DNA of 64,000 nucleotides from Anaeramoeba ignava BMAN (lineage: Eukaryota > Protista > Anaeramoebae): the NCBI GenBank assembly GCA_028826165.1, contig JAPDFW010000063.1, positions 1 to 64,000 on the forward strand. The letters are read 5' to 3'. The position numbers were made by a program, and so were the translations under genes. Below, in pieces: positions 37,785 through 53,082 of the stretch. Position 1 is the first letter of the stretch, and each line of letters opens with the position of its first letter. Below the pieces are notes generated by a model. The model was not told where the DNA came from. It did not search any database and saw only the letters and a list, made by a program, of their open reading frames with translations.

Positions 37785-38810
37785 AAAATAAATTAATAAA
37801 CAAATTAATAAATAAATTAATAAACAAATTAATAAACAATTTAATAAATAAATTATATTTAGAAATGTAAATAAATTAATTAATAAATAAATTATTAAAT
37901 AAATTATTAAATAAATTAATAAACAAATTAATAAATTAATTAATAAATAAATTAATAAATAAATTAATAAATAAATTAATAAACAAATTAATAAATAAAT
38001 AAATAAATAAATTAATAAATAAATAAATTAATAAATAAATTAATAAAACAAATTAGTAAATAAATTAATAAATAAATTAATAAATAAATTAATAAATAAA
38101 TTATATTTAGAAATGTAAATAAATTAATTAATAAATAAATATTTAGAAATGTAAATAAATTAATTAATAAATAAATTATTAAATAAATTATTAAATAAAT
38201 TAATAAATTATTAAACAAATTAATAAACAAATTAATTAATAAATAAATAAATAAATAAATAAATAAATTAATAAATAAATTATATTTAGAAATGTAAATA
38301 AATAAACAAATTAATAAATAAATTAATAAATAAATTAATAAATAAATAAATTAATAAATAAATTAATAAATAAATTAATAAATAAATAAATTAGTAAATA
38401 AATTAATAAATAAATTAATAAACAAATTATATTTAGAAATGTAAATAAATATTTAGAAATGTAAATAAATTAGTAAATAAATTAATAAGTAAATAAATTA
38501 ATAAATAAATTATATTTAGAAATGTAAATAAATAAATAAATAAATTAATAAATAAATTAATAAGTAAATAAATTAATAAATAAATTAATAAATAAATTAA
38601 TAAATAAATTAATAAACAAATTAATAAATAAATTATATTTAGAAATGTAAATAAATTAATAAACAAATTAAACAAATTAATTAATAAATAAATTAATAAA
38701 TAAATTAATAAATAAATTAATAAATAAATTATATTTAGAAATGTAAATAAATTAATAAATAAATTATATTTAGAAATGTAAATAAATTAATAAATAAATT
38801 ATATTTAGAA
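37535..38810. repeat. AATAAATAAATT 12-mer array with interspersed ATATTTAGAAATGT units
   Basis: Direct reading; upstream of the RRM gene. Confidence 0.88.
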
Positions 38811-38908
38811 AAGAAAAAAAAATTTTTTTTTAAAATTGATCATTTAAAAACAAAAAAAAAAAATAAAACAAAAATCATTTTTTTATTTTACAATTTGTTT
38901 TGTGATAA

Positions 38909-40745
38909 ATGGAAAACAATCAACAAGAAAATCAAAACCAACAAGAAAACCAACAAGAAAATCAAGAAAAAAAAGAAAATACAAAAGTAAATTATGAAGA
39001 TGATGAAAATTTTGTATTTGAAGATGCAATTGAATTTGGGGTTTTTATTGTAAGTTAAAAGAAAAAAAAAGAAAAAAAAAACACAAATTTTCAATTTAAA
39101 AAATAAAATGCATTCTTTAAAATTAAATTATTAGAGAGATGTTGCTAGAGGAGTAACAGATGAAGAATTTCGTAAAGCTTTTGAATCTATTGGAAATATT
39201 CACAGTGCAAAAGTTGTTAAAGATAAAGCAACAGGAAGAACAAGAGGATTTGGATTTATTCGTTTTCACGATAAAGAATCAGTTGCAAGATGTTTAGATA
39301 TGGTTAAAAAACCAATTTTTCAAGATGAAATTACCGGAAGATTGTAAAATATAATTTAAAAAATAATTTAAATAATAATTTAATTAATAATTTAATTAAT
39401 AATTTAAATAATAATCTAAATAATAATTTAATTAATAATTTAATTAATAATTTAAAAATTAATTTAAATAATCTAAAAAATAATTTAAAAAATAATTTAA
39501 AAAATAATTTAATAAATAATTTAATAAATAATTTAATAAATAATTTAAAAAATAATTTAATTAATAATTTAATAAATAATCTAAAAAATAATTTAAATAA
39601 TTTAAATAATCTAAAAAATAATTTAAAAAATAATTTAAAAAATAATTTAATTAATAATTTAAAAAATAATTTAAAAATTTAAAATTTAGTCAAGAAGTCC
39701 AAATCAATTTAATTGACCCAAAAAATAAACTTTTTATCGGAAAAATTCCTCGTCATTTACAAGGAGAACTAGCAAAAAAAGAAGTTGAAAAATTAGCAGG
39801 AGTTCCAATAGAAAAATTTGAATTAGCAACAAATGGAGAAGGAAAATCAAAATCTTATGGTTGGGCAACATTTAAAACAAATAAATTAGCATCACAAGGT
39901 TTAAAAAATATAACAAGATCAGCTGCTCTTGGAATATCAAATTTATTTGCGTCTTTTGCACAAATCAAAACACAAGACCCAAGAATTCTGTATAAATTGA
40001 AGAAGAATAATAATAATAATTGGAATATTTATTTAAAAAAATTTTCATTTTGAAAAAAAAAAAAAAAAAAAGTTTGAGTGTTAAAACTCTATTTATTAAA
40101 GGAGTGCCACCAGAAACTAAAGAAGAAGAAATATACAATCTATTTGGTGGAGAAGCAAGTGGAATTGAAAGAGTCAAAATCCCTCTAGATAAACTAACAT
40201 CAAGACCACTTGGTCATGCTATTATCAATTTTAAAACAAGAAAACAAGCAGAAGAAGCAACAGATAAATATCAAGGACTTGAATTTAGAGGAAGAACACT
40301 GAAAGTTGAATGGTGTATTCCTCAGGATCAAAAATTCAAACAAAGATTCCAAAATTATTATCAACCACAACAATTTCCAAATCAACAAGATTTCCACCCT
40401 TATTCTCCTTATCAAAGAAATAAATTTAATCCACAAAATCCATCAATGGCTGGAATGAATCCAAATCAAAATTTTTATCCCAATCAAAGAGGATACCAAA
40501 ATTTCAATCAACAACAGCAACAACAACAGCAACCATATGGAAATAATTATTTACCAAAATACCCAAGAAATCAATACAATCAAAATTATCAATCAAATTA
40601 CCAACAACCTATTTATCCAAATCAACCTATTTACCCAAATCAACCAGTTTATCCAAATCAACCTATTTATCCAAATCAAAATCAAAATTTAAATACTAAT
40701 CAAACTTCTACTTTTCAACCTAATTTTCAACATAATCAACGATAA
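38909..40745 (+). CDS. Three-RRM RNA-binding protein, hnRNP R/Q (SYNCRIP)-like, with Q/N/Y/P prion-like tail; introns 39050-39134, 39344-39689, 39990-40072
   Basis: GVFIRDV...KDKATGRTRGFGFIRF (RNP1); KNKLFIGKIPR...KSYGWATF; DPRILLSVKTLFIKGVP...GHAIINF...GRTLKVEW. Confidence 0.87.
39350..39685 (+). repeat. Intronic AAATAATTTAAA-type 12-mer array
   Basis: Fills intron 2 of the RRM gene. Confidence 0.85.
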
Positions 40746-40850
40746 AAATTACAAAACAAGAAACAAAACTTTTTTTTTTAAAAAATCAAATAAAAAATAA
40801 ATAAAAAATAAAAAAAGATTTCCTTTTAATTTTATTTGAAATTGTAAAAT

Positions 40851-42256
40851 TTAATAAATGGCTTTTTCAGCTTCTTGATAAGCTAAATGAGTTAAAGAAA
40901 TATTCATTTTTTGGCTCTTTTCCAAATTTTCTCTCATTTTAATAGAACAAATTTTTTCAGTTTTTTGATAAACTTTGTTAATATCAGCCAAATGGAGATT
41001 TTCATATTCTTCACAACCACAAATAACACCACCAACATTGTGACACCAATCAACTTGGAACAAAATATCACGCTGAAAAAGTAGTTGAGCCAAATCAAGC
41101 TCTTCTTGAACAGAAGAAGCTTTGAGTTGATTATTAGCGCCACCAAGAATAATTTTGAATTTTAAATCAGGGATGTTTTGCCTAGTTAAAATACCACCAA
41201 TAGCACAAGGAGAAAAAATATCAGTTTCAATACTTAAAATATTCTCACTATCAACAACTGAAATATCATGATTTGGATATTTTTGAATGAGCCTTTGTGA
41301 TTTTTCATTTGAGATATCAGCAACAAATAACTTTGCATTTTCTTTCAGAAACAATTCCGCTAAAGAGAAGCCCAAACAACCCAATCCTTGAATAGCAATT
41401 TTAATGCCATTAAGTGAATCCAAGTTCATTTTGAACTTCACAGCCTCTTTAACAGCAAGAAAAACACCATAAGCTGCAGGTGTTCCTGATGGCCCTAATA
41501 TTTTGGTTCCTCCTGCTATATTGAGTGTGTATTTCTGGTTCAATGCATCTGCGAATTCTGGTGAAAATCCCATATCTGGTCCTGTAAATGATCTTGTTCG
41601 ATCAATCGCATATCCTATAAACCCTTTTCTTTCTTCATCTTCCAGTTTAATTTTCTCACTTTGGACTATGATTTTACTTCCTCCATAATTTAGTTCTGCT
41701 GCAAAGTTTTTGTAAGACATTGCTCTTGATAAATTTAGTCCATCTTGAATGATTTCTAATTCATCTTTTCAATTTAAAATTCAACTTAAATTTTCAATTT
41801 GAAATTTTCAACTTAAATCAAAAATTAAAAACCTATTTCAGGATCAAATCTCCTTATCCCACCAGACCTAATCGCATGCTTTCTATTATTAATTCCTAAT
41901 ACATTTGTATGTATATTATTAATAAATCGAATTCCTAGTTTTTTCTCAATAAAACATTCAATCCCAAAATGCCTTCCTTTTTGAATCAAATCAATAACTT
42001 TTTCTAAATAAGAAGTCAATTTATATTTTGCAAAAATCTCTCTGGAAACTTTATTATTTGCAACCTTCATATCTTCTGTCAATAAACTTTCAACTGTAAA
42101 AATGTTATTATAATTACTCCATTTAATATCTTCATCCCATTCTTTTAGCAAACAAACATTTATTGTATTATTGATTTTATTTTGGAAAATTTTTAAAGTT
42201 GTAAATCCTTCATTTATTAAAGGAAGAAACAAAGAATTCTTCTGTTGTTGATTCAT
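40851..42256 (-). CDS. Glu/Leu/Phe/Val dehydrogenase family protein (leucine-dehydrogenase-like), intron 41765-41832
   Basis: RSGGIRR, DGLNLSRAMSYKN, YGGSK, TGPDMG, AYGV, IAIQGLGCLG (Rossmann fold), FSPCAIGG, GGANNQL, NVGGVI. Confidence 0.9.
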
Positions 42257-42313
42257 TAATAATTAAAGAAAAAATGGAAAAAATGAAAAAAATGAAAAAA
42301 AAAATTTTCAGAT

Positions 42314-45300
42314 TTATAAAAAAAATATTATTAATTTTCCTTGTGAAGTCCCAACCAAAATAAATCTCCAAACTTCATAAAAACGAAGCGAAGTAATCCA
42401 GTCATCAACTTCAAATGTTTGAACCAAAGAAATATCATGTAAATTATACAAACGAATATTCTTTTGCTGAGTGCCAACAACTAAAAACCTTGAATCATTT
42501 GAAACATCAAAACATTTAATATTCTCTGTTAATTTTTTCTTGACTATCAAAGTAGCATTTATTGTATAAACAGATAGAACAAGATCTCTTTCTGAAAAAA
42601 TAACAACAAATCCATCTTTTGTGATTTTCAATAGAGTTAAAGGTGAAAAATTTTCATTCACAATTGTTCGGACATATTTCCCTTCAAAAAGTGTGTGAAT
42701 GATGCAAGTCCCGTCTTCTGAGCCGCTTACAACAACATCCAAATCAACAGAAATTTCCAAGCAAGTTACCGAACTATCGTGTCCATAAAAAACATGAACA
42801 GGATTTGGTTCCAGTTTCCCTAAACTGTGATTGAATTTCCAAATCATAACGCTTGTGTCATATGATCCTGTTGCAAGATATCCTGAATCATAATTTAAAC
42901 AGCTCACAACATCCGAATGCTGATTTATAGTTTGCAATATTTCCATTGTTTCTATATCAGTTACTTTCAAACTATTGTCCCAATATCCACAACTGAACAA
43001 AAGTGATCTTTCTTGAAAAAAAGAAAAGCAATTCGTAAAATTGCTAATTTTAGGTGAATAAGAAAATCCAATTTGGTTTCTAATGGAATATTGGGAATCA
43101 GCTTGGAATGTGAATAAATGTTTCTGATTTTGATTCTTTCTTTTTTTTTGGCTTGATTTTTGATTCTGTAAAATTTCTTGATTAATATTGCCAACTTTTT
43201 GTGTTTCATTTGATTCATTTTCAACTGTACTCCTTGAAAGTGAGGAATCACTAAATTCTTTTTCTTGGTTTTCGTTTTCGTTTTTCATTTTCATTTTCTT
43301 TTGTATTTTCAATTAAATTTTCATTATTCTCATTTTCTTGTATTAAAGCTTTATGAATAGATAATAAACAAGAATGAATTCCTAGATATCTATTTTCATC
43401 TATTGTTAATATTTTATCTGAAATCCCCACAAATGAAAACAATTCATCCGCTTTCGAGAAATAAACAAAAATAATCGATGAATGTGACACCTTCAAACTA
43501 AAATGCTTAAAATTATCATCATTTTTCAATCTCCAATATAAACTTAAATCCAAAACATTATGGATAGCTTGTTTCAATGAATATCTTCTTGGATGCTTTT
43601 GCCTGAATATTTGTGAAGGTGTTTGCCCAAAATGCTCCATTTGCAATTCAATGGATTTCTTCTCACTGGGAGAAGTTATTTTATCGAAATTTATCGAGTT
43701 TTCATAAGTGAGATAATAAAACATATTAAATGCTTTAATTGCCTTTTTTCCTCTCTGTTTATATCCAAATATCAAATCAATCCATTTATCAATATTTTGT
43801 GAAACATACTCACTTTCCAATGCATCCCTTTGGATTCTTATAAAATCCTCTGGTGTTGCTGCCCATGGAGGAAGCAAACAATCCCCAATTTGGATGTCTG
43901 ATCTTTGTTTTTTCCCAAGATTGAATTTGTTGTGATTATAAAGAAATTCTGGAAGATAAAAAAATTCAGGAATTAATTCTTTAACATCTGATGTGCTTGT
44001 TTGGCAAATATTCCAAACTTCAGAAATTGAATTAAAAAGTCGATCAGCTTGATCGAATTTCCCGCCTTGAAGATAAACATGAAGACCAGTAAAGGGTTCT
44101 AATCTAACTAAATAGTACAAAACAACACCTATTTTATTTTATTATATTTAAATTAATTTAAATTTTATTTTATTATTTTTAAATTAATTTAAATTTTATT
44201 TTATTATTTTTAAATTAATTTAAATTTTATTTTATTATATTATTTTTAAATTAATTTTATTTTTATATACCAGAACTGGAATAATGTGAACCATAATGAA
44301 ATGGTGGTGTATCTCCTTGTTGTGCCTGGAAATCAAATCGATTCTTGAAAATCTCAAGCCTTTCTTCATTCATTGCTCCAATAGGCTTTGATAAATCTCG
44401 ATAAATTTTGGGATCATTTAAATCAATTTTAGAAGATGTATAATCAGAAAGAATCCAAGGAAACACTGGATATTGTGAAACATCATTATAAGAACGATTT
44501 GCGATTGTATTCAATTTCATCAAATACTCAAAAGTACTCATTTCCCATCTTTGCCACATTTGAGTGTATTGCGATTGCTCGATCCATTTCCGTGGATCTC
44601 CAGTTTCAAATTCAATCACTAAATTTGGCGGCTTTTCATCAACAATCTTTTCGTAAACTTCTTCTCTCACTCCTTTTGAAAAACTAACAAAGAAACTTTT
44701 TTTGTTTATCAGAAAAAATTCAAGTGCTGTCTGCTGGTGCAAATATCTTCTCTTATAAATTGTTTTGAGTTGACTTAAAGGCCACGATTTACTCTTGATT
44801 GATTTTGGATGCTTTGCAAACTCCTTCTTTTCTTTATTACGATTATTTGCTTGCTTATCTTCTTCTGCTTTTGGATCAGCAATGAAATTCAAATAATCTT
44901 TTGTTAAAACAAATTGTCCAGAACAAGATTTCATTAGTCTAACTAATTTGCATTTAGTTGTGTAAATTAGTTGGAGATGGTGATTCACATTTTGTTCTTC
45001 TGGCTCTTCTTTTTTTTCTAGAGAGTCATCTTTAGACTCAAATTCAGACTCTGTTTGCGATTGCTCAACAGACATGATGATGTGAGATGCTTTTGGTTTA
45101 TCTGATAAATAGCTTTGATTATTATTTTGATTATTATTATTATTATTTTGATTATTAATATTAATATCCTGATAATTATTGTCATTGTTATAGCTATTTT
45201 TTTCAATGTCATCCTGGTCAGTATCTAAAGTATTTTCATCGGGAGTCATTTCAACTCCTGTTGTTGATTTTTGAGAGATTGTCAATTTTTTTTGTTCATA

Positions 45301-48300
45301 TTCCGAAATGAGTTTGTTTGATTCAGAAACATATCTTTCGTCTCTTCTTACAGAGGCATGATAGTAGGAAGTGTATTTATAATTTCTTTTCATCTTCCTT
45401 CTCCTTCTTAAGGAGTCCTCTGTTTTATCCAATTTCCAAAAAATTTCGTTTGATTCTTTCTCTTTAAGCCTATTTCCCCAAGGCCCTCTTTCATTTGTTA
45501 AATTTCTATATATTTTTTTCCAATACAAAACAATAAATTTCTTGCGTTGCTGGTACTTGATTTCCCTTTGTTCAGTAATTTCATTTTCGCGTCGAATAAA
45601 ATCAACAAATGTGTGCTGAATCTGAGTTTGCATTTCGTCAGCTGATTGGAATATCTTGATATTTTCTTCATTTGCTTTTATTTGGAAATTTTTGTATTGA
45701 TTTTGCATTTCTTCGTGATACCGAGTTCTTGTTTGTTGAATTTCTTCGTGAAACTCAACAAGAAATGGATCAAGCTGGTTTTCAACTGCAAATTTCCATT
45801 CTTGTGACCGAAAAAATACAACTAATTCTTTTGAGTTATATGTGCTAAAATTGCTGGAATCAATATTTTTTGGAAGTAAATTTTCTCCATTTTTTAATTT
45901 TAAAAAAGATGCAAAGATATCATAAAAATTCCGCATCAAGGTCTGTATATGAACAGCAATCAACCTTTCTTTGTTGATTTTAGAATTGATTTCCCTTTCC
46001 TTTTCAACAATATTCGGATCATTTTCAATATCGTTTTGGTTTGGGTTTGCATCTTCTTCCAAAAACTTCAAAATCTTAAAAAGATACGATGCTGACACAA
46101 AAATAAACTCTTTTCTTGCTTCCATAAATTGTTTTTCCATTTTTGACCGCGTTTTATAGATGTAAAATAATCTTTGTAACATATCAAGATATTTTGAGCA
46201 ATTTTGGAAATCTGAGACTTTGATTTCAAAGAAAAGCAGCAACAAAGAAAGTTTCAATATCTGCCTTTTTTTCAAGCTTTCATTTTGGAAAAGATATTTT
46301 GAATCAATAAACCCAAAATTGTCTAGAAATAAAACTATATTTTGTACCAATTTTTCGTTAAGTTGCAATTTTGGATCTAGAAATGTTGGTTCAGTGCTTT
46401 TATGTAAAAGGTTTAAAGCAATTTCTTCGCTTTTGTTATCAAACAAAACGAAGTACCCAATCAAAATAACCAAATCACCGATATTTGATTCGAATTTGAC
46501 TGATTTTATTTTCTTCATTTTCTCGAGGAGTTTCAATTTTGCAATCAATGATAAATCCTTTTGGTTTTCTTTCAAATTGATTTTAGATAATTCATATACA
46601 GCCAATTCATCAATTCCTTTGAGCAATTCCTGATAAAAAATGTGAATAAAAACATTTTTCTGCTCAAATGAAACTTCCCTCATTTCCAGGTTGTTTAAAA
46701 TGTTTAAAATTTGCAAAGTGATATTTCCTTGATTTATGAAAATAAATTTAAACACAGATTTTATAATGGATAAAAGAGGGATGTTGATTTTCGAATGCAA
46801 GTTTTCAGTTAAATTATCTTCTTTTCTTTGGGCGCTTTCTAATGAAAATTCTGAAAAGAAAAATGCTTGTAAAATCCACTCCTGCCAATGATTTTGGCTT
46901 GCGAATATCTTTACGTTTGTTTCATTTCCGTTGAACAATAGAAAAATACGATTTGTAATATCCAATCTAATTTTTTCATCAGAAGTTTTGGGAATCAAAT
47001 AAAAGAGAGTTTTCAAAATCCAAGGTGTTTGAATTTGTGCCAGTTCTTGGTTTTGCATATTTTGAGAATGCGGCAAATTTATTAAAAGTAAACTAAATAG
47101 TTGATCAACTATTTTTTGAGTTGATTCGAATTTTGTAACCACATTATGAAACATTTCGAATCCATACAAAGAGCAGAGTCTTGAGTGGTTGAGATGAATG
47201 CTTTGAGGGATTTCTTGGGGTTGGTCTTTTGACACAATATTTTTCTCTTCATTTTTATCAATATTCTTATCTTTATTTTTGCTTTTGCTTTTGCTTTTGC
47301 TTTTGCTTTTGCTTTTGCTTTTTATTTTTTGTGGTGATGATGTTGGTGTTGTTGTTAATTGATTTGGCTCTGTTGTTTCATCTTTTGTTTGGGATAAGAG
47401 TACATATTTATGCAAATGATAAATAATTTCAAAGCATAAAAAACGCACTTTTTCGTTCGAATTGTTAAGTAAAAATATAAATGGATCAAGAAAGTTCATT
47501 TCGATTAAATCATCAATCAAAATGGAAATATTTTTGGAAATGATCCTCAAAATTTGTTGAAGAAAAGCGATAACAATTTTGTTGTTTTGAATCACAAAGC
47601 ATTTTGATAATAAGACCAATATATCGCCTTTGTTATAATTCATATTCAATGATAATTCAATTAATTGAACAAATGATTGTCTTAAATCTCGGGTTTGTTG
47701 CTGGTTTGGTTTTTTACCAAGAACTTTCCCTGTATTTTTGTGAATTTTTGTCTCGATTTTGGCACGCACATTCTGTTCTTTTTCTGAATTTTCCCAAAGA
47801 TACAAGAAAATAATATCGAGTAAGTCTCTTATTCTGAGAAAGATGGTCGGATTTTTCTTCTTTAAATCGTTCTTTGTTTTGAAAGAGATGACAAATTTCA
47901 AAATTCGGACCAGACTTAATTGGATGTCATAATCGCAATAAATCCAAAGATCGTAGTCAACAAGGAAATCATGAGTTAGATCTTTTATCAATTTCGGATT
48001 GTTTATTTGGGTGATCATTTCTTGGATTGAATATATGAAGTTTTCTGTGATATGGGAAGTGTGTATGTGCTGGTATAAATGGCTCAAAATCATAAATCCA
48101 TGTGAGCGAATCATTCCTTGTTGGTTTGCAGGACTTTGAATCAAAACATTCTTGATAGTGTTGAATATTTGGCTTGATATTTCTGGATGAATTGAATAAT
48201 CAATCAGATTCTTATAGTTTTCCTCTGTTCTAAAAATTTGGATGTTTTGAGGAGAGCCAAGTGGTTGGTCTGATTGTATAATTAATGGGAAAAAAACATT

Positions 48301-51300
48301 GATTCCATTGGAACGATATATAGCATCGTTGATAGTGGAAGTTGTTCCTTGAGAAACATTGATTGATTTTGCTTTGATTTGGTTTGATTCGCTCTTCTCA
48401 ATGATTTGGCTTTTATTTATTGCCTGGCTTTTGAGGCACATAAACAGTTTTTTATGAAGAGAATCATCGATGAAATCCTCTTTACTAACCATTTTATTTG
48501 AGTGGTTTATGCCTTCTAATTTGGGGAATGATAAAAAGTAATTTGAAGAAAGCGAATATATTTTTTCAACTTCCGATTGAGATAATTCTTCTTGGAAAAA
48601 GTAAACCGAATTCATTTGCCCACAAAAACAGTTCCCACCAAAAGGATCAGACCCGATATGGTTGTATTTCAAATTTGAAAATGAAGGATACTTTAAATTT
48701 AGCAACGATGTTTTAATTTCGTCGTTAATATAAATAATGAACTTCCCAGACGAAGATCCTTTATTTTCGTGTGTGATTGCAATGAAATTCCATTTTCTGA
48801 GTTGAAGTTCAATGTTCTTTTCGACTCTGATTTGGTTTGTTGCGGTTAAATAAATTACAAAATTTAATGTTAAATGGAGTCTGGATCTTTCATCTTGATC
48901 ATTTTTTTGGGCTGATTTTTTTCTTGGAAATTGACCACCTTTTCTTGGGGAACTTTTGGGACTAGTTATAAATTGGTTTCCAATTTTTGTGGTATTGTTA
49001 TTGCTCTTTTTTTGGAAATCAATTTTACTGAAAAATAGCTCAAACCCTTCCTTTTCTTTGATCATAAAACTAAACAATCTTGGGTTATAAAACTCGTCTT
49101 TTTGAGGATGTATTGTTCTGAATAGATCCTCAAGACGAATCCAAGTTACAAATGAATATCCCTTTTTGGAAGGCCACTGCGGAATTGAAGACAATCTTAA
49201 GAACGAATTTTCTCCTGAGAAATTGAAAAAGGATTTTGGGAACTGCTCTGTTTTTTGGGCAATTTTGTTGATGACTGATAAGACAAGCGAACTTTTCGGT
49301 GGTCTGAAATTTCCAGGAAGACTTTTCAAATGGGAGAAAAATGATTTCAATTCATTTGTTGTGATTCGGAGTGAAGAGATTGTTTCGATTAATTGAATAA
49401 TTTTTTGTTGTATTTCCATTGATTTTGGGGATTCTGGGATTTTGGTAATGAACTTAATTAAAAAGGAAATGAATCCTGAAGACGAGCAAGCTGAGCGATT
49501 CAAAATTGACTGCTCGCATATTTGGAAAAATATATCCAGTATTTGGGAAAATATAACCTGATTTGATTTGGAAAACAATTTCAGTAAAAAAAGAGCCGAA
49601 TCTCCGTTTTGAATAAGAAAATTTTTGTTGATGTCAAACTTCCCGTTATTCACCATAATATCGAGAATGATTTCATAAACTTCATAATCAACCACACCGT
49701 TATTTGCTTGAAAGATGTATTTCCGCAGCTTTTTAAATCCAATTTGTTTTTTAAATGTTGCAATATTAACTGGGCTGTTTCTGAAAATAACCGAGAGCAA
49801 TACCAGAATATTTTTTAATAAAGATGAGAGCAAAAGAGGATCAGAAAGTATTTGCTCTAAGAAATTATATATTTGAATTTCCACAAACAAATGCTGGAGA
49901 TACACTCCGTATATTGATATGATATTTGTGAGTAATTGCAATATTTCTCTTATTGAATTGATATCGTCTTTTTGCTTTTCATCTACGTCAACTTGAGTTT
50001 CAATTTTTTTCTTAATTTCCAAAATTCTCGTAAGAACTGAGCACGATAGGCATTCGAACTGATTGAAATTATCCTTGTCGATAAAAGAAAATAGTTTGTG
50101 GATAAGCGTAAATGAAAAGTCCTTTGCTTTACTCTCTTGGTTCAAACTTAGTAATGTTGTTGCAATCGAAGAATTATTAAACACATAATTATTCAAAGAC
50201 TTGTTCTGAAAAATTTGTGGTATCATAAAAACAAAATAGGAAAGAATTTCGAATGATAAATATCTGGATTTGATAAAATTCCATAATTGATTCTGTTTCC
50301 CAAATATTTCTTTTGATTCTTGCCAGTTCTTTGTGTGGATTTGATGGAAATGGTATATTAAACTACAGAAATTTTCGAATGTTTCTGATTCCAAATGTTC
50401 AAGCGATTTGGGATCTTTTTGCCGATAAAAGAGTTGAGAGATTGTTGAGAAAATATGATAAATTAAATCAATATTTGATCTATTATTAGAAGCAATGCTA
50501 ATTAATTGACTGATTTGCACTGAGTTTGAATATTTGTTGTGTTTGTATGCAACAAAAAAAGTGAATTGAAGAAGATAGTCCCTTAAAATCTTGAAAGGTT
50601 GTGGAACATCTTCAAATGATTTCAAATTCTAGAAAATTTATAAATTGATTAAAAAATAAAAAAATTGATTTTGCCTTTTTGTGTTTTGTGTTTGTGTTAC
50701 CTCGTTAAAATAAAAAAGAAAATATTTGTTGTATAAGCATTGCCAAAAAATTTTACTTGCAAAAATTGGATCTTTTGAAATGGTAAATAATGATTGGAAA
50801 AATTTAAGAAGATGCATTTGTAATCCTGGGTTTTGATTTAAAAGATAATTTCTCGCAATTTCATTTTGAGGTTTTTGAATAGAATTATTATTATTATTAT
50901 TGAAAATATCTAAACAAATTGATACTAGTTTGATATAAAGACAATTTTTTGGTAATTTCGAGAAATGTTGATCAATTGTGACTTGTGTTTGATTTAAATG
51001 AGTGATTTCATTTTCAAGAGCAATGATATCATTATTAGGTTTGTTTATATTTAGAAATAAACTTGTTTTGCAAACTTCCATTAATTCTTCAAAAAATTCT
51101 TCCAATTTTGTATTTAAAATGATCGAATTAATTTCGGGTAAAGGAAATTTCATTTCGATAATGTGATATTTATTTTGGATTTGAGAAAAATCAATTAATG
51201 AAATTTGTTTTCGTTTGCTTTTCTTTTTTTGATTTTGATTTTGATTTTCATTGATCTTTTTCTTATGAATTGATTGAAAAATAATTGAATCAAACGGAAC

Positions 51301-53082
51301 AGGTTCAGGTAATTCATCAACTAAATAATATAATATAATATAATATTAAAAAACGCAAATTATTTCTTTGCTTTTTTTTTTTTTAAAAAATATAAATATA
51401 TATATTATACAATTAATTTTTTGGTTGATTTCTTTTGTTTTTTGAAATTTTGAACAAAGAATTTTTGTTGGGAAATTAAATCCGATCCATAAAATAAAAT
51501 CACCTAATAAATTAATTTTCATATCTTCGGTAATTTCTTTTTCAATGAAAGGATTTTTTTGAATAATTTCCCGAATCAGTTTCAGAACAATAATTCTTAA
51601 ATGGAATGAAATGAGTTTTTCTTCTTGATGTCTTTGTTCTTCGATATTAATTTGGTTATTTTGAGCTTTATCGTTTTGTTTTGTTTGATTCGAAATGATT
51701 TTTATTATATTATCAAAAGAGTTTTGGAATTTTTCTTTGGGTTGAATTTTAGTAAGTTGGAAATTTGAAGGAGACAAATTTTCAATCGTCATATGTACAA
51801 TTGTTGAAATTTGTTTTTCATTAAAAAGGTTTTGTTGATTAAAAACTCTGAACATTTCTATTAGTTTAATTTGGATATTATATTCTTCCAAATTTAAAGC
51901 AAAATATTGAGATAATAAAAGGAATGAATGATGTAACTCTAAAAATGTACAAAAAGAAAAAAAGAAGAAGAAGATTGGTTTTAAACATTTTGATATTCAG
52001 ATTTTTGATTTGTTACGAATTATTTTTTGGATTAAATCGTTTCCTTCGATTAATTTTAAAATATGTTTCTTTTTTGGATAAAATTCAGGATCACTAAATA
52101 ATTGAATTAATCTTAGAACACTTGCAAGAATAAATTCAACAAAATCAATTTTTCTTGAAATTAAATCTAAATTTTGGTCTTGTTTCTATAAATTTAAATT
52201 TAAATTTAAATTTAAATATAAATTGAATGGAATTTTTTAAATAATATATACTTGTTGAATAATATTCTCGAGTATGTTGATAACTTTATTCATTAAATAA
52301 AGAAGAATATTAATAATCCCGAAATCTCTTAATTGCTCTCTATTATAAAAAGATTTTGCTAATAAAGTAGCCATTAATAAAGAAATCCCAGAATTTTGAG
52401 AAGATTGAGGATTTGGTAAATTTGGTTTTTTAACGTTTTCTTCCACATTTTTTTCTAAATTTGATTCAAATTCTAGCAATTGGAAAAAAGAGAACTATTA
52501 ATTAATATAAATGCTGAAATGATGCAAATAAAAAAAAATTGTGAACCTGTTTCAATCCATTGACAAAAATTTTTTAAGAAATGAATAGTTTGAGAAATTA
52601 ATTCTGGAGGATGAATTTGGTTTGATTTAATAGTTTGTTCTAATTGGGATAAATTTTTAAATTTTCTTTTCAATTTTGAATTTTTTAAATTTTTTGAATT
52701 TTTTGGATTTTTTGAATTTGGAGAGTTTGTAATTCCTTTTTGAGGATGAGGAATCCAATTTTTATGAGAAGAAAGAAAAACTTGAGAAAATTGGAAATAC
52801 CATTCTAAATTATTTTGCTAATTGAAAAAAGCGATTTAAAAAAATTCAATTTAAATTTTTTTTTTGCTTTTTTTTTTCTTTTTTCTTTTTTCTTTTGTGT
52901 ATTTTTTGTTTTGTTACAAATGTTTTATTGTTTCTATTTTCCCATAAATTTGTTAATTCATTTGAATTTTTGCAAGATTTAAAAAATAAAATTGATTGTT
53001 TTTGTGTGAATTTTAAACCAAAAATTGTATTAATTTGAATTTGTTTTTTAGATTGTTTTAAAATTTCTTTGAAAGAAGTCAT
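42314..53082 (-). CDS. Large BEACH-domain protein (neurobeachin/Lvs-like: ConA-like, DUF4704-like, PH-BEACH, BEACH, WD40); multi-exon, +1 frameshift near 43280
   Basis: GYSFVTWIRLE...WNFIAITH...FCGQM (ConA-like); ERGPWG, FWKLDKTEDSLRRR; RRYLHQQTALEFF; MSTFEYLMKLNTIANRSYNDVSQYPVFPWILSDY; YRDLSKPIGA; HYGSHYSS|GVVLYYLVRLEPF (intron 44129-44270); DVKELIPEFFYLPEFL; WIDLIFGYKQRG; FGQTPSQIF; CGYWDNS; WD40 repeats. 5' exons are approximate. Confidence 0.92.
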
